Notes: generated from the sequence alone by a model not told the origin. Positions 47,516-58,076 are shown, counted from the first letter of the whole stretch. The stretch: DNA of 63,608 nucleotides, filler included, from 4 parts of 4 records of this genome joined end to end with filler, not necessarily neighbours in it, one strand, 5' to 3'. A program made the numbers and translations.

Positions 47516-48673
47516 ATGCAATCCACTCAATCACAACAGGCCAAAATACATAGGCTGCCCAACCAAAGCGAAGGCAACACAGTTAGGCTCAAAAGCTCGG
47601 GCGACTGGACCATAGATACGCTCCACGATGCTGCCCTGATTCTGGATGGGATTACCAAAACTTGTCATAATCTTCCTATCCAGTGGGATGTCTCAGGCAC
47701 AGGGCGCATTGATTCCGCGGGTATGCTGCTGTTTATCCGTACCTATGATGCGCTCAAGGCAAACCAATGCTCCATTGTTGTTTTAGGGGCAACCACTGAA
47801 CACAAAAAAATATATCAACTGCTGCGCAGGTATGCTCCCGGGCAACCGGACGTTAAACCTGCTTTTTTCTCTCGCCTATTGATGCCTTTAAACAGGGTAG
47901 GCAGAAGATTCGTTGCATTTCTCGCTGACTTGAAGGACTTTCTCGCCTTTACCGGGGAAAACTTTATCAACCTGCTGCTGGCAATAGTGAACCCACGTAC
48001 CATCCGCTTTGGCGCTATTGTGAAAAATATAGAAGAAGCCGGTGTAAGAGCAATGCCCATCGTGGCTCTGACCAGTTTTCTCATAGGGGTGGTCATAGCT
48101 TACCAGGGAGCAGTACAGCTGGAAAAATTTGGTGCCAATATCTTCATTGTGGACATGATAGCTCTATCAGTCACCAGGGAACTGTCCCCCCTGATAACAG
48201 CCATAGTCGTGGCAGGCCGAACCGGCTCTTCCTATACGGCTCAACTGGGGGTGATGAAGATAACGGAAGAGATAGATGCCATGCGCACTATGGGGTTTGA
48301 TCCTCACCGTTTTCTCGTTCTTCCCCGGATTTTTGCCCTGATCATTGCCCTGCCGCTGCTGATTTTTTTTGCAGATATAATTGGAATTGCGGCCGGTATG
48401 TTTATCTCACATGTACATCTCAACCTTTCCTATCCCGAGTTTATACATCGTCTACAGAAAGTGTTGTCGGTAAAACATGTGTGGGTAGGTATAGGTAAAG
48501 GACCGGTTTTCGCATGGCTAATTGCTACGGTGGGATGTTTTCGCGGGTTTCAAGTTTCTAAAAACACCGAAAGCATAGGACGCTACACCACCATCAGCGT
48601 GGTCAATGCAATTTTCCTAGTGATAGCCTGTGACGCATTTTTTTCCGTAATCTTTACGGAGCTTGGCATTTGA
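47516..48673 (+). CDS. mlaE: MlaE-family ABC permease with N-terminal STAS domain
   Basis: STAS 'IDSAG'; 'GVVIAYQG', 'RELSPLITAIVVAGRTGSS.TAQLG.MKITEEIDA'. Confidence 0.9.
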   Translation: MQSTQSQQAKIHRLPNQSEGNTVRLKSSGDWTIDTLHDAALILDGITKTCHNLPIQWDVSGTGRIDSAGMLLFIRTYDALKANQCSIVVLGATTEHKKIYQLLRRYAPGQPDVKPAFFSRLLMPLNRVGRRFVAFLADLKDFLAFTGENFINLLLAIVNPRTIRFGAIVKNIEEAGVRAMPIVALTSFLIGVVIAYQGAVQLEKFGANIFIVDMIALSVTRELSPLITAIVVAGRTGSSYTAQLGVMKITEEIDAMRTMGFDPHRFLVLPRIFALIIALPLLIFFADIIGIAAGMFISHVHLNLSYPEFIHRLQKVLSVKHVWVGIGKGPVFAWLIATVGCFRGFQVSKNTESIGRYTTISVVNAIFLVIACDAFFSVIFTELGI

Positions 48674-49437
48674 ACAACAATATTATCACAGTATCAGATA
48701 TCGTTACCCGATTCGGAACAAATGTGATCCATGAAGGCATCAGCCTGCGCGTGAATCGGGGTGAAATTTACGGCCTGTTGGGCGGCAGCGGTTCGGGAAA
48801 ATCGACCCTGCTCAAACAAATGATAATGCTTCTGCGCCCTGAGTCCGGAAAAATTACCCTTCTCGGGCACGATCTTATGACCATCAGCCGTAACGACGCG
48901 GCCTCCTTACGCCACTATTGGGGAGTACTTTTCCAGGGCGGTGCCCTCTACTCTTCACTCACCGTTGCAGAAAATGTGGCCATTAAGCTGCGGGAGTATA
49001 CAAATCTTCCTGAAGATATGATTAGAGATCTGGTGCAGATGAAGATAAAAATGGTTGGTCTTCCTCCAAATGCTGCCGTGCTCTATCCCGCTGAACTGAG
49101 CGGCGGCATGGTAAAACGTGCTGCGCTTGCGCGAGCACTGGTCATGGACCCCCAGCTGCTGTTTCTTGATGAACCCACGTCTGGCCTGGACCCAATCGGT
49201 GCCGAAGCATTTGACAATCTGATTATTGAACTGCGGGACATTCTGGATTTGACGGTGGTGATGGTCACCCACGATCTGGACACCATCTGGACCATTGTTG
49301 ATCGTTTTGCTGTATTGGGCGAAAAAAAAGTTATCGCAGAGGGCACTCTAAACGAAGTTGTGCAGGTCCCCCACCCTATTGTAAAACAATTCTTTGGTGG
49401 GCCCCGGGGGCAAATACGGAGCAGGGATGGAGAGTAA
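48670..49437 (+). CDS. mlaF: MlaF-family ABC ATP-binding protein
   Basis: 'GGSGSGKS', 'GVLFQGGAL', 'PAELSGGM.KRAALARAL', 'DEPTSGLDP'. Confidence 0.92.
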   Translation: MNNNIITVSDIVTRFGTNVIHEGISLRVNRGEIYGLLGGSGSGKSTLLKQMIMLLRPESGKITLLGHDLMTISRNDAASLRHYWGVLFQGGALYSSLTVAENVAIKLREYTNLPEDMIRDLVQMKIKMVGLPPNAAVLYPAELSGGMVKRAALARALVMDPQLLFLDEPTSGLDPIGAEAFDNLIIELRDILDLTVVMVTHDLDTIWTIVDRFAVLGEKKVIAEGTLNEVVQVPHPIVKQFFGGPRGQIRSRDGE

Positions 49438-50323
49438 AGTAAATTATACACTTGTCGGTTTATTTGTTGTCCTCATGTCAGCGGGACTGATAACCTTTGC
49501 CTACTGGCTAGGAAAACATGGGGGCAAACAGGAATATGACCTCTACCTTGTATATATGTCCGAATCTGTAGCAGGGTTAAGTACTGACGCTTCTGTTAAA
49601 TACAAGGGTGTTAATGTGGGCACAGTCGAACAGGTGGGTATAAATCCTCATAACTCTGAAGAGGTGGAACTCCGCTTACAAATTCTTCAGAACACCCCTA
49701 TTAAGACCGATACCACCGCACAATTAAAGTCTTTTGGCATCACAGGTCTGGCCTTTATAGAGCTCTCGGGCGGCAGCAATGATGCCCCGCTCCTAAAAAA
49801 CTCAGGCATTCCGGTCCCAACCATCCCGACAACCCCCTCCACCTTTACAAAGATGTATAGCTCCCTGGAACAACTTGTAGAGCAATCGACGCTGGCAATG
49901 GCCAAATTTGACAGAATACTCAGTGAAAACAACCTGGATAATATTACTGTCATACTTACCGAAACGAAATTACTTGTCAAAGATGTCAGGAGCCAGCTAC
50001 CTGGATTGCAAACTTTTATCGATAATGGGACAGCCGTAGAAAAACAGGTAACCAAGGCCTTTGAAAAAATGGCAAACGCCTCTGAAAGTGTACAAAAAAT
50101 GGCAGAAAGCCTCGAGCAAAACTATGCTGATCTTGGTCAAAACATGCGACAAGACGCCCAGCAGAGTCTTGAACTCCTCAATCAACTGCTGTACGACCTG
50201 GATATTCTTGCCAGAGACCTGCAGCACGCAACTCAAGCCATACAGGACAGCCCAAGCGACCTGCTGTTTAAACGCAGCCAGCAAAAACCTGGACCAGGGG
50301 AAAGGGAATATCATGAAAATTAA
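49427..50323 (+). CDS. mlaD: MlaD/MCE-domain protein with long helical tail
   Basis: 'MESKVNYTLVGLFV', 'ESVAGLS..ASVKYKGVNVG', 'GITGLAFIEL.GG'. Confidence 0.9.
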   Translation: MESKVNYTLVGLFVVLMSAGLITFAYWLGKHGGKQEYDLYLVYMSESVAGLSTDASVKYKGVNVGTVEQVGINPHNSEEVELRLQILQNTPIKTDTTAQLKSFGITGLAFIELSGGSNDAPLLKNSGIPVPTIPTTPSTFTKMYSSLEQLVEQSTLAMAKFDRILSENNLDNITVILTETKLLVKDVRSQLPGLQTFIDNGTAVEKQVTKAFEKMANASESVQKMAESLEQNYADLGQNMRQDAQQSLELLNQLLYDLDILARDLQHATQAIQDSPSDLLFKRSQQKPGPGEREYHEN

Positions 50324-50921
50324 CAGCATTCTACTCGCAATCCTGTTTTGCATACTTGCCAGCTGCAGCTTCCAGAAGATCCCTCCAAAAGATATCTATA
50401 CCATATCGCCTAATTTGGAGAAAAACAGCAGCTTCAGCACCGTGAAAAACAAGAACCGCCCCATAGTCAAACTGGCCCCGATTCGTGCGTCGCGGGCGTT
50501 TACCTCCACCAAGATTGTATACTCTACAACCAAGAATCAGCAAAACAGCTATGCCTACAGCCGTTGGAGTGATGCTCCGGTCAGATTGCTGCCCCTTCTC
50601 TTTCAAACAGCCCTTGAAGCAACCGGAAGTTTTGGAGCTGTAGTTGGCTCTCCATCCACGGCAAAAGCTGACTTTCTGCTCGAAAGTACCCTCACTGACT
50701 TTAGCCATCATATTCATGACAATAACACCTCAGAAGGAGTTATCGGTATACGTTTTCACTTAATAAACACTGGAACAAAAACAATAACAGCCGCCAAGGA
50801 GGTTCGCTCTCAAGTTCCTTCCTCCACACCCAATGCCGGAGATGGGGTTGCCGCGCTCAACCAGGCTGCGGATACTGTTGCTCATGAACTTGCCGCATGG
50901 CTTGGGGGGATGCAGCTCTAA
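50313..50921 (+). CDS. ABC-type transport auxiliary lipoprotein (PqiC-like)
   Basis: Lipobox 'ILASC'; 'YAYSRWSDAP', 'LESTLTDF'; follows mlaD. Confidence 0.82.
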   Translation: MKINSILLAILFCILASCSFQKIPPKDIYTISPNLEKNSSFSTVKNKNRPIVKLAPIRASRAFTSTKIVYSTTKNQQNSYAYSRWSDAPVRLLPLLFQTALEATGSFGAVVGSPSTAKADFLLESTLTDFSHHIHDNNTSEGVIGIRFHLINTGTKTITAAKEVRSQVPSSTPNAGDGVAALNQAADTVAHELAAWLGGMQL

Positions 50922-51027
50922 TCAGGCGGCAGCGAAGCTTCTTTCTTCTCAATATCGATACCTTGCCTGCAAAAAAAAAGAGCTAACGAAAAAGGATAGA
51001 TTGTGGATCGCTGCGCTCTCACAATCT

Positions 51028-51127
51028 NNNNNNNNNNNNNNNNNNNNNNNNNNNNNNNNNNNNNNNNNNNNTTAATTAATTAANNNNNNNNNNNNNNNNN
51101 NNNNNNNNNNNNNNNNNNNNNNNNNNN
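51028..51127. other. Artificial contig linker
   Basis: 44 N + TTAATTAATTAA + 44 N. Confidence 0.99.
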
Positions 51128-51541
51128 CTCGACAAATATTATAAAGGAGAAACTTCGTTAGAAGATGAAAATAACCTTAAAACTCAGATTTTAACTGAGG
51201 GAAACAGTTCTTCGGAAAAAGATATTTTTAATTATTTCGAAAATGAAAGTTACATTCCCGATGATTTGGAAGACCAAATATTTGCTGCTGTAAAGAAAAA
51301 CGAAAAAAAACAAAAATCGATAAAAACAAACATTTTCCGGTGGTCGTCGGCAGCAGCTGTAATTCTTATTCTTTTAAGCATTTATATCGATTTCAGAAGT
51401 TCAGAAAACAGAAGACTGGAAAATGAATTTTTTGTGATGGAACAAGCTTTATTTCAGGTTTCAGAAAGTATTCAACCACAGGAACAGGAAGAAATGCTGG
51501 TACTTTGGGTAGATGATAATGTTGAAATAATTATAAACTAA
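51128..51541 (+). CDS. Bacteroidota anti-sigma-factor-like single-pass membrane protein, 5' truncated
   Basis: Frame is open from the contig start: LDKYYKGETSLEDE (the 'KY..GETS.EEE' N-terminal motif), TM 'WSSAAAVILILL'; lies upstream of DUF4252. Confidence 0.65.
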   Translation, partial: LDKYYKGETSLEDENNLKTQILTEGNSSSEKDIFNYFENESYIPDDLEDQIFAAVKKNEKKQKSIKTNIFRWSSAAAVILILLSIYIDFRSSENRRLENEFFVMEQALFQVSESIQPQEQEEMLVLWVDDNVEIIIN

Positions 51542-51553
51542 AAAACAGATACA

Positions 51554-52516
51554 ATGAAAAAGTTAATAACACTCCTGTTGGTTATCGTTTTATCGTGGCC
51601 TGCCTTGGCGCAAATGGCTACAAATTCCAATTCCTTTTTTGAGCAGCTCACTAATAAATATGCCGACAAAGAGGGGTTTAGTGCCAGCATGATTACAAAA
51701 GACATGTTTGATCTTTACCTCAAAAAGAAAAATGTCGACAGTGAATCTTCAGTTTTTAACGCGATAAATAACCTCGATAAAATTCTAATTGTTTCTCAAA
51801 GTAATATGAATGCGGAAACTATTGGAACCTGGAGTCCGGCGAAGGATATTGAAACTGATAAAGTTGAAAAAACATCAAACGAATTATATGAAAGTATTGT
51901 AACCCATTACAAAGGCGGAGAACACACTTTGCTTAAAACTGAAAAAAGAATGGGCGAAGAAGTCAAAGTTTATCTCAGAAAAAATCAGGAAAAAGTAGAA
52001 TCGCTTGCCTTAATTACTAATTCATCGGCATCAACAAATCTTATTGAACTCCAGGGTGATATAAATTTAACCGCAGTTGCTGAATTAAACAAAGCATTAA
52101 ATTTACGCGGGCTCGAGAACTTATATAAAATTAATAATTCAGAAAATGCTTATTTCGGCAGAACAGTATACTCGCAGGAAAGATTAGAAGAAATGGTTGC
52201 CCGTCAGCGCGAATTAGCTGAAAAACAACGTTTCCTTTCCGATGAACAGAGAGCAAAAATTGAAGAACAAGCCCAGATTCAGGTACAGAAACAAATGGAA
52301 ATGGCAGAAAAATACCGGGAAATGGCAGAAAAATACCGTCGCCAACCCATATTTTTAAATTATCCCGGAGATACAAATACTGTTTACTATATAAATAATA
52401 AAAAAGTTAGTGCCGATAAAATAAAAGAACTCGAAAATGAAGAAATAAAAAGCATTGAGGTAAAGAAAGCAGAAAAAGAGAATGACAAAACAACCATAAA
52501 AATTAAAACAAAATAA
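51554..52516 (+). CDS. DUF4252-domain exported protein with C-terminal extension
   Basis: Signal peptide; 'KYADKEGFSA..ITKDMF', 'LIELQGDINL..VAEL...LNL.GL'. Confidence 0.75.
   Translation: MKKLITLLLVIVLSWPALAQMATNSNSFFEQLTNKYADKEGFSASMITKDMFDLYLKKKNVDSESSVFNAINNLDKILIVSQSNMNAETIGTWSPAKDIETDKVEKTSNELYESIVTHYKGGEHTLLKTEKRMGEEVKVYLRKNQEKVESLALITNSSASTNLIELQGDINLTAVAELNKALNLRGLENLYKINNSENAYFGRTVYSQERLEEMVARQRELAEKQRFLSDEQRAKIEEQAQIQVQKQMEMAEKYREMAEKYRRQPIFLNYPGDTNTVYYINNKKVSADKIKELENEEIKSIEVKKAEKENDKTTIKIKTK
52297..52338 (+). repeat. Exact 21-bp tandem duplication (EMAEKYR x2)
   Basis: GGAAATGGCAGAAAAATACCG occurs twice, in frame. Confidence 0.95.
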
Positions 52517-52536
52517 AGAGGTTTATTTAAATCTCT

Positions 52537-55500
52537 TTATTTTTTATCCATCCAGTATTTAATTTTGTTATTTAAAACCTTTTTTAAAATGGGTTTCGAA
52601 ATATAATCATTACATCCGGCAGCCGTAGCTTTTTCACGGTCGCCGGAAAGTGCATAAGCCGTTTGTGCAACAATTATAACATCGTCGTCAAATTCCCTGA
52701 TTTTTCTTGTTACCTCATACCCATCCATTCCGGGCATTTTTATATCCATTAGAATTAAATCAATGTCAGGATTTTGTTTACATAAAGATATCGCCTGTAA
52801 TCCATCTTTTGCATGAAGAATATTATTTGAAAATTCTCTTAATAGGATAGTAAGGTGTAAATCGCTGGGTTCGTCATCTTCAACTATTAGTATTTTCATT
52901 TTTTGTTCCTGAGACTCCGGATTTATAACTTTGCTATTTTTATATTCTTCTTCTTGTTCAGGTTTCACAATTTTTACCGGAATATTAAAAAAGAATGTTG
53001 CTCCCCCATTAACTATAGAATTTACCCAGATTTTTCCACCCAGCATATTAACATAGGCTTTTACAATTGATAGTCCTATTCCGGTACCCTGCATGGCTTT
53101 TCGATCTTCGATGTCAGCTTGTTCAAAACGATTAAATATTGCCTTTTGCCGGTTAATTGGAATTCCAATTCCTGTATCTTTAACGTAAAACTCAAACGTG
53201 TTTTCATTTCCTTTTTCAAGGTATTGATAGCCCACTTCAATTTTACCCTTTTCGGTATATTTAATAGAATTTCTGATAAGGTGTTTCAATATTGTTTCAA
53301 ATTTTGAACTATCAGTTTTTATTTTCTTTTCTTCTGAATCTGAGTTTGCAAATATCAGGTTTAAGCCTTTATTTTCTGCCTCCGGCTTTAACGACTCGCA
53401 TATTACCCTGACTTTCTCATTAACATTTATCTCATTTATAACTACATCTACCTGCCCGGTTTCAATTCTGGAAATTTGAATTAAATCGGTCACCGTATTT
53501 ATCATTCGCGTACCACTTTTTTGAATTATATCAATATATTTTTTTTGTTCTTCTCCTGTTAATCCAGGAGTACTCAGTAAACCGGTAAAGCCAAGAATCC
53601 CGTTCATAGGCGTTCTTATCTCATGACTAAGATTCAATAAAAATGCCGATTTTAACCGATCGCTTTCTTCCGCTTTACTTTTTGCTTTTTTTAATTCATT
53701 TACAACACCAATTAATTCATTTTTCCTTCGGTTCAACTTTATTGTTCGCCAGCGTATAGAAAGATAAACCAGTAGTATTACAATGAATATATAAGTCACT
53801 TTTGCCAGCGTGGTATTCCACCAGGGAGGCAGCACAACAAAAGTATATTCTATTGGTTCACTCCATATATGTGCTTCTCCAATTGCTCTGATTTTTAGCG
53901 TATTTGTTCCATTGGGAAGATTTCTGTAATCTGCTTTCCCTTCAGTTGTAGGAATACTCCAGGATTCATTTAATCCCTCAATAAAATAACTGTATCTAAT
54001 ATTATGAGAAGCAGATCCATCTTTTGCAGAGAAATAAAAAGTAAAATGATTCAATTCATAAGAAACTTTTAAGCCTTGCGGATAATTATAAAATGGATGA
54101 ACAGTGTCAAATTGTATTTCTTGTCTTTTACTATCTGTCAATTGCCTGAAATCAATAAACTCTTCGTTAATTTCAATACTGTTTAACTGAACTTCTGGCG
54201 CACGATCGGCAAAATTAAAATTATCTAATTCTAACATTGCCAGGCTCTTCCCTGTTCCCATCCAAATCCGGTTTTTACCATCAACCAAAATGCTGTTTTG
54301 GATAAAATCATTTGCCTTTAAACCATCTAAGGTTTTAAACTGATGTACATTAAAGTTCTCAACTAAAGCGTTGTTTTTGCCTTCATAAAATTCTAAAAGA
54401 TTTAATCCATTCTCGGTACCAATCCACAAATTACCTGTTTTATCTTCTTCGATAGATCGAATTATATTAGAACTCAATCCTTCGTTTTCGGAAATATACA
54501 AAAATGAATTTCCGTCAAACCGGTTTAATCCCCCACCATTGGTTCCCAGCCAAATGTTTCCCTGGCTATCTTCCAATACCGATATAATTTTATTACTGCT
54601 AAGTCCTTCCTTTTCCGTATAAAAAATAAACGATTCTCCATCATATTTTGCTACTCCGCCGCCATTGGTTGCAATCCAAATATTTTCATTTTTATCGTTT
54701 ATAATATCAGTAATTTCGTCGTATATAAAACCTTCGCTAGCACCATATCTAACAAAGTTATTCCCGTCGAAACTGAATAAACCTTTTCTTTCTGTTCCTA
54801 TCCAAATCGTTCCTGTTCTATCTTCAGCAAGTGCATTTATGTAATTATTTAAATCCTCAAGTGCACTGTAATGTGTAAAAATATTTTTATCAAATTTTAT
54901 TATCCCCCCTAATTCTGTTCCTATCCAAATACTTTTCTGGCTATCTTCCAATAATGCATAACCGTATTCATGAGGAAATCCATTATTTTGTGAATAGTTT
55001 ATAATCTCTCTGCCATTATAAGAACTAAATCCTTCCCAGGTTCCAAACCAAATATTAGTCTCCTCATCTTCTATAACTGATAGCACATGTGCAATTTTCA
55101 GGCCTCTATTTTCTATAAAATGAATAAATCCTTTCTCATTAAATATATTTAATCCACCGCCCCAGGTTCCAAGCCATAAAACACCGGCATCGTCGATATA
55201 TATCGATTTTACATCGTTATTACTTAATCCGCTTTCAGTGGTATAATTGGTAAATGAATGTCCGTCATATTTACTTAAACCTTCCCAGGTACCTATCCAG
55301 ATATTACCCTTCTTATCTTCAGCCAATGCATTTATGCTATTATGGCACAGACCTTCATTTTCGGTTAAATGAGTAAAGTTCGCGCCATCGAAAACAGAAA
55401 CTCCTCCTCCCCAGGTACCAAACCATAAATTTCCATTACTGTCTTCAAGTATTGGCATAACGCTACTGTTACTTAATCCATTCTCTTCAGTAATTTGAGT

Positions 55501-56541
55501 AATGGTTGTACCATCATATTTAAATACTCCTTCAGTGTACGAACTAAACCAAATATTTCCACTTCTATCTTCTGTAATACCCCTTATAATATTGCTTAAT
55601 CCATCGTTTTTGGTGAAAATAGTTATGTTATTCCCATCGTATTTTACAGCACCTCCATTGTTGGTGCCAAACCATATATTCCCTCTGCTATCCTCAAAAA
55701 TTGATAAAATATTGTTATTTGGAAATCCTTCATTTTCTGTAAAATGAATAAAAGAGTTACCATCATATTTACAAGCGCCACCACCGTATGTACCAAACCA
55801 AATATTTCCATTTCGATCTTCCAGCATTGCCCTAATGTCATTGCTAATTAGGCCATTTAAATTGGTAAAATGAGTTAACGATTCTCCATTGTATTTACAC
55901 ACTCCTCCGTCTATTGTCCCAAGCCACAAATTGCCTCTCTTATCTTCAAGAACCGATAATACATAAGATGAATTTAACCCCTGCTCAACATCGATATACT
56001 TAACATCGATATTTGCAATATCTTTTTTTGAAGGCATTTGAGCCGATACAGAAATTGGGTAACTACAAGGTTCTTCCCTGCCCGCAACCTGAATTGGAAT
56101 TCCTGTTTTAACAGTATCGCCGGTAGAATTTAAAAAGACTCCCAGAGGTTCATCAATGCCAGGTTTATGTGTATTTAAAGTACTTTTCTTCAACCCGACA
56201 ATAGACAGATTCTCTGGAATAGAATGAATATTTGTAACTGCTTCTACTTTATTTGGTATAACAGCTTTATGAATAATGGTACTTTCCGGGTTGTCGACAT
56301 CAATTATTCTACCAGTTAACTCAACTTGTTTCCCGGTTTTTATTGTATCGCCCAAACTGTTAATTATTGGCTGAACTGTATCTCCCGAAAATAAATTAAT
56401 ACGGTGACCTTCTTCTAAATCTAATTCAACTAACTTAGTTTTGATTTGAATTTTTCCCCTTTCGGGTATCTCAGTTCGTTGCGGATTTATACATGAAACT
56501 ACAATTGAAAAGATTAAAAATATGAAGTATTCTGGTTTCAT
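52537..56541 (-). CDS. Hybrid histidine kinase with beta-propeller (Reg_prop) and Y_Y_Y sensor, HisKA, HATPase, REC
   Basis: Many 'EDxxGNxWxGT' repeats, 'YRNLPNG', 'PPWW' plus TM, 'KSAFL.NLSHEIRTPMN', 'DTGIGI', 'LMDIKMP'. No AraC domain. Confidence 0.95.
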   Translation of the reverse strand: MKPEYFIFLIFSIVVSCINPQRTEIPERGKIQIKTKLVELDLEEGHRINLFSGDTVQPIINSLGDTIKTGKQVELTGRIIDVDNPESTIIHKAVIPNKVEAVTNIHSIPENLSIVGLKKSTLNTHKPGIDEPLGVFLNSTGDTVKTGIPIQVAGREEPCSYPISVSAQMPSKKDIANIDVKYIDVEQGLNSSYVLSVLEDKRGNLWLGTIDGGVCKYNGESLTHFTNLNGLISNDIRAMLEDRNGNIWFGTYGGGACKYDGNSFIHFTENEGFPNNNILSIFEDSRGNIWFGTNNGGAVKYDGNNITIFTKNDGLSNIIRGITEDRSGNIWFSSYTEGVFKYDGTTITQITEENGLSNSSVMPILEDSNGNLWFGTWGGGVSVFDGANFTHLTENEGLCHNSINALAEDKKGNIWIGTWEGLSKYDGHSFTNYTTESGLSNNDVKSIYIDDAGVLWLGTWGGGLNIFNEKGFIHFIENRGLKIAHVLSVIEDEETNIWFGTWEGFSSYNGREIINYSQNNGFPHEYGYALLEDSQKSIWIGTELGGIIKFDKNIFTHYSALEDLNNYINALAEDRTGTIWIGTERKGLFSFDGNNFVRYGASEGFIYDEITDIINDKNENIWIATNGGGVAKYDGESFIFYTEKEGLSSNKIISVLEDSQGNIWLGTNGGGLNRFDGNSFLYISENEGLSSNIIRSIEEDKTGNLWIGTENGLNLLEFYEGKNNALVENFNVHQFKTLDGLKANDFIQNSILVDGKNRIWMGTGKSLAMLELDNFNFADRAPEVQLNSIEINEEFIDFRQLTDSKRQEIQFDTVHPFYNYPQGLKVSYELNHFTFYFSAKDGSASHNIRYSYFIEGLNESWSIPTTEGKADYRNLPNGTNTLKIRAIGEAHIWSEPIEYTFVVLPPWWNTTLAKVTYIFIVILLVYLSIRWRTIKLNRRKNELIGVVNELKKAKSKAEESDRLKSAFLLNLSHEIRTPMNGILGFTGLLSTPGLTGEEQKKYIDIIQKSGTRMINTVTDLIQISRIETGQVDVVINEINVNEKVRVICESLKPEAENKGLNLIFANSDSEEKKIKTDSSKFETILKHLIRNSIKYTEKGKIEVGYQYLEKGNENTFEFYVKDTGIGIPINRQKAIFNRFEQADIEDRKAMQGTGIGLSIVKAYVNMLGGKIWVNSIVNGGATFFFNIPVKIVKPEQEEEYKNSKVINPESQEQKMKILIVEDDEPSDLHLTILLREFSNNILHAKDGLQAISLCKQNPDIDLILMDIKMPGMDGYEVTRKIREFDDDVIIVAQTAYALSGDREKATAAGCNDYISKPILKKVLNNKIKYWMDKK

Positions 56542-56779
56542 GGTTAATTAATTCTGGTCTTATAACAAATATATTAAATATAATATCACGAATAAAAATA
56601 TATACGAAAAACATTTTACCCGAACCACTTCGGAATAAAACACTGATTTTCAACTGGTTGAAAAGACTGGAATTAATAAGACACTATATTAATAAATAAA
56701 AACCCGCCATTTATATAAAAATCTACGTTCAACAAAAATCCGTATGCATTGTTGAATTATAAACTTTTTCTAAAAAAAC

Positions 56780-57469
56780 ATGACTGAACTTATCGAGTAT
56801 CTTCCCCTTATAACAACACTTTTCTCTATTTACTTTATCAAAGAAATCTGGGGGCATTACCAAAAAAGAAAAACACAATACCTTCTTTGGTGGACCATTG
56901 GTGTTGCCACATTCGGACTGGGAACTCTTGCCGAAAGCATAAACGTACTTTTTGGATGGAACCTTATAAATGTAAAATACTGGTACATTGTTGGAGCTTT
57001 ACTTGGCGGTTTCCCGCTGGCACAAGGTTCGGTATATTTATTAATGAACCGGCGATTTGCCAATATCACTTCGGTTATTTTTATTACACTCATTGTAACT
57101 GCATCGGTTTGTATAATTTTAACTCCTGTTACTATTCCCGAAGGTTTTGATTATAAACTTACCGGCTCGGTTTTTACCTGGAAGTGGGTGCGTTATTTTT
57201 CACCGTTTATAAATCTCTATTCGTTTGTTTTTTTAGTTGGCGGCTCAGTTTATTCAGCCATAAAATATTACAAAATGATTGATAAACAGGCCCGTTTTAA
57301 AGGAAATGTATTTATTGCAATTGGTGGTTTACTTCCCGGAATTGGCGGAACAATGACCCGAATGGGACATGTAAATGTATTGTTTGTTACCGAACTCATC
57401 GGGCTGGTATTAATTTATATTGGTTACCGAATTATCAAACTCGATAAACACGGTAAAACAAATGGATAA
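56780..57469 (+). CDS. Hypothetical multi-pass membrane protein
   Basis: 229-aa ORF with about 6-7 hydrophobic helices; 'YLLWWTIG', 'LAQGSVYLL'. Confidence 0.75.
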   Translation: MTELIEYLPLITTLFSIYFIKEIWGHYQKRKTQYLLWWTIGVATFGLGTLAESINVLFGWNLINVKYWYIVGALLGGFPLAQGSVYLLMNRRFANITSVIFITLIVTASVCIILTPVTIPEGFDYKLTGSVFTWKWVRYFSPFINLYSFVFLVGGSVYSAIKYYKMIDKQARFKGNVFIAIGGLLPGIGGTMTRMGHVNVLFVTELIGLVLIYIGYRIIKLDKHGKTNG

Positions 57470-57516
57470 CATCATTTTTATTTGACATTTTATTTGAAAG
57501 CAACCTTTTCAGTTAA

Positions 57517-57975
57517 ATGATCATCTTAAAAAAAATGCAAATGAAATCCATAAAATCATTCAGTTTTATTCTAGCTGTTTTTAGTTTATTAATTCTATTC
57601 ACATTGCCTTTTCAAAGTTGCCAACCCGACAATGAAGAGAACGAAAACGACGGTACTTGCGACAGTTGTGCTATTGTTTACAAACCAAACATTTATATTT
57701 ATCCGGAAGAGGAAATGGAGTTAACCGTTACTTTGAATTTTCCAAAAGGTGGTAATGTAATTACTTCAATTCCTGAATATAATAACGGATGGAATGTATC
57801 TGTTGAAACAAATGGCTGGATTAACGACAGTTTTTACTATTTATTTTACGAAAGCCAACAGCCTGATATTTGGCAAGAAACCGAAGGATGGTTAGTTGAA
57901 AAAAACCAGTTGGAATCTTTCTTTACAGAAAATTTAACGGCATATGGTTTTGCCGGAAGAGAAATTCAGGATTTT
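57517..57975 (+). CDS. Hypothetical lipoprotein ('KPNIYIYP' family), 3' truncated
   Basis: Lipobox-like 'FQSC'; 'KPNIYIYP', 'SIPEYNNGWNV', 'YLFYE'. The start may be a downstream Met. Confidence 0.7.
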
Positions 57976-58075
57976 NNNNNNNNNNNNNNNNNNNNNNNNN
58001 NNNNNNNNNNNNNNNNNNNTTAATTAATTAANNNNNNNNNNNNNNNNNNNNNNNNNNNNNNNNNNNNNNNNNNNN
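57976..58075. other. Artificial contig linker
   Basis: 44 N + TTAATTAATTAA + 44 N. Confidence 0.99.
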
Positions 58076-58076
58076 A

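Noticed and set aside
47516-50921. Mla/MCE operon as a partner of the hopanoid transporter
   Set aside because: It is on a different contig with different composition, and it is a common operon.
54300-56000. Recurring near-repeats in the DNA
   Set aside because: They are the coding beta-propeller blades of the kinase, not CRISPR or a non-coding array.
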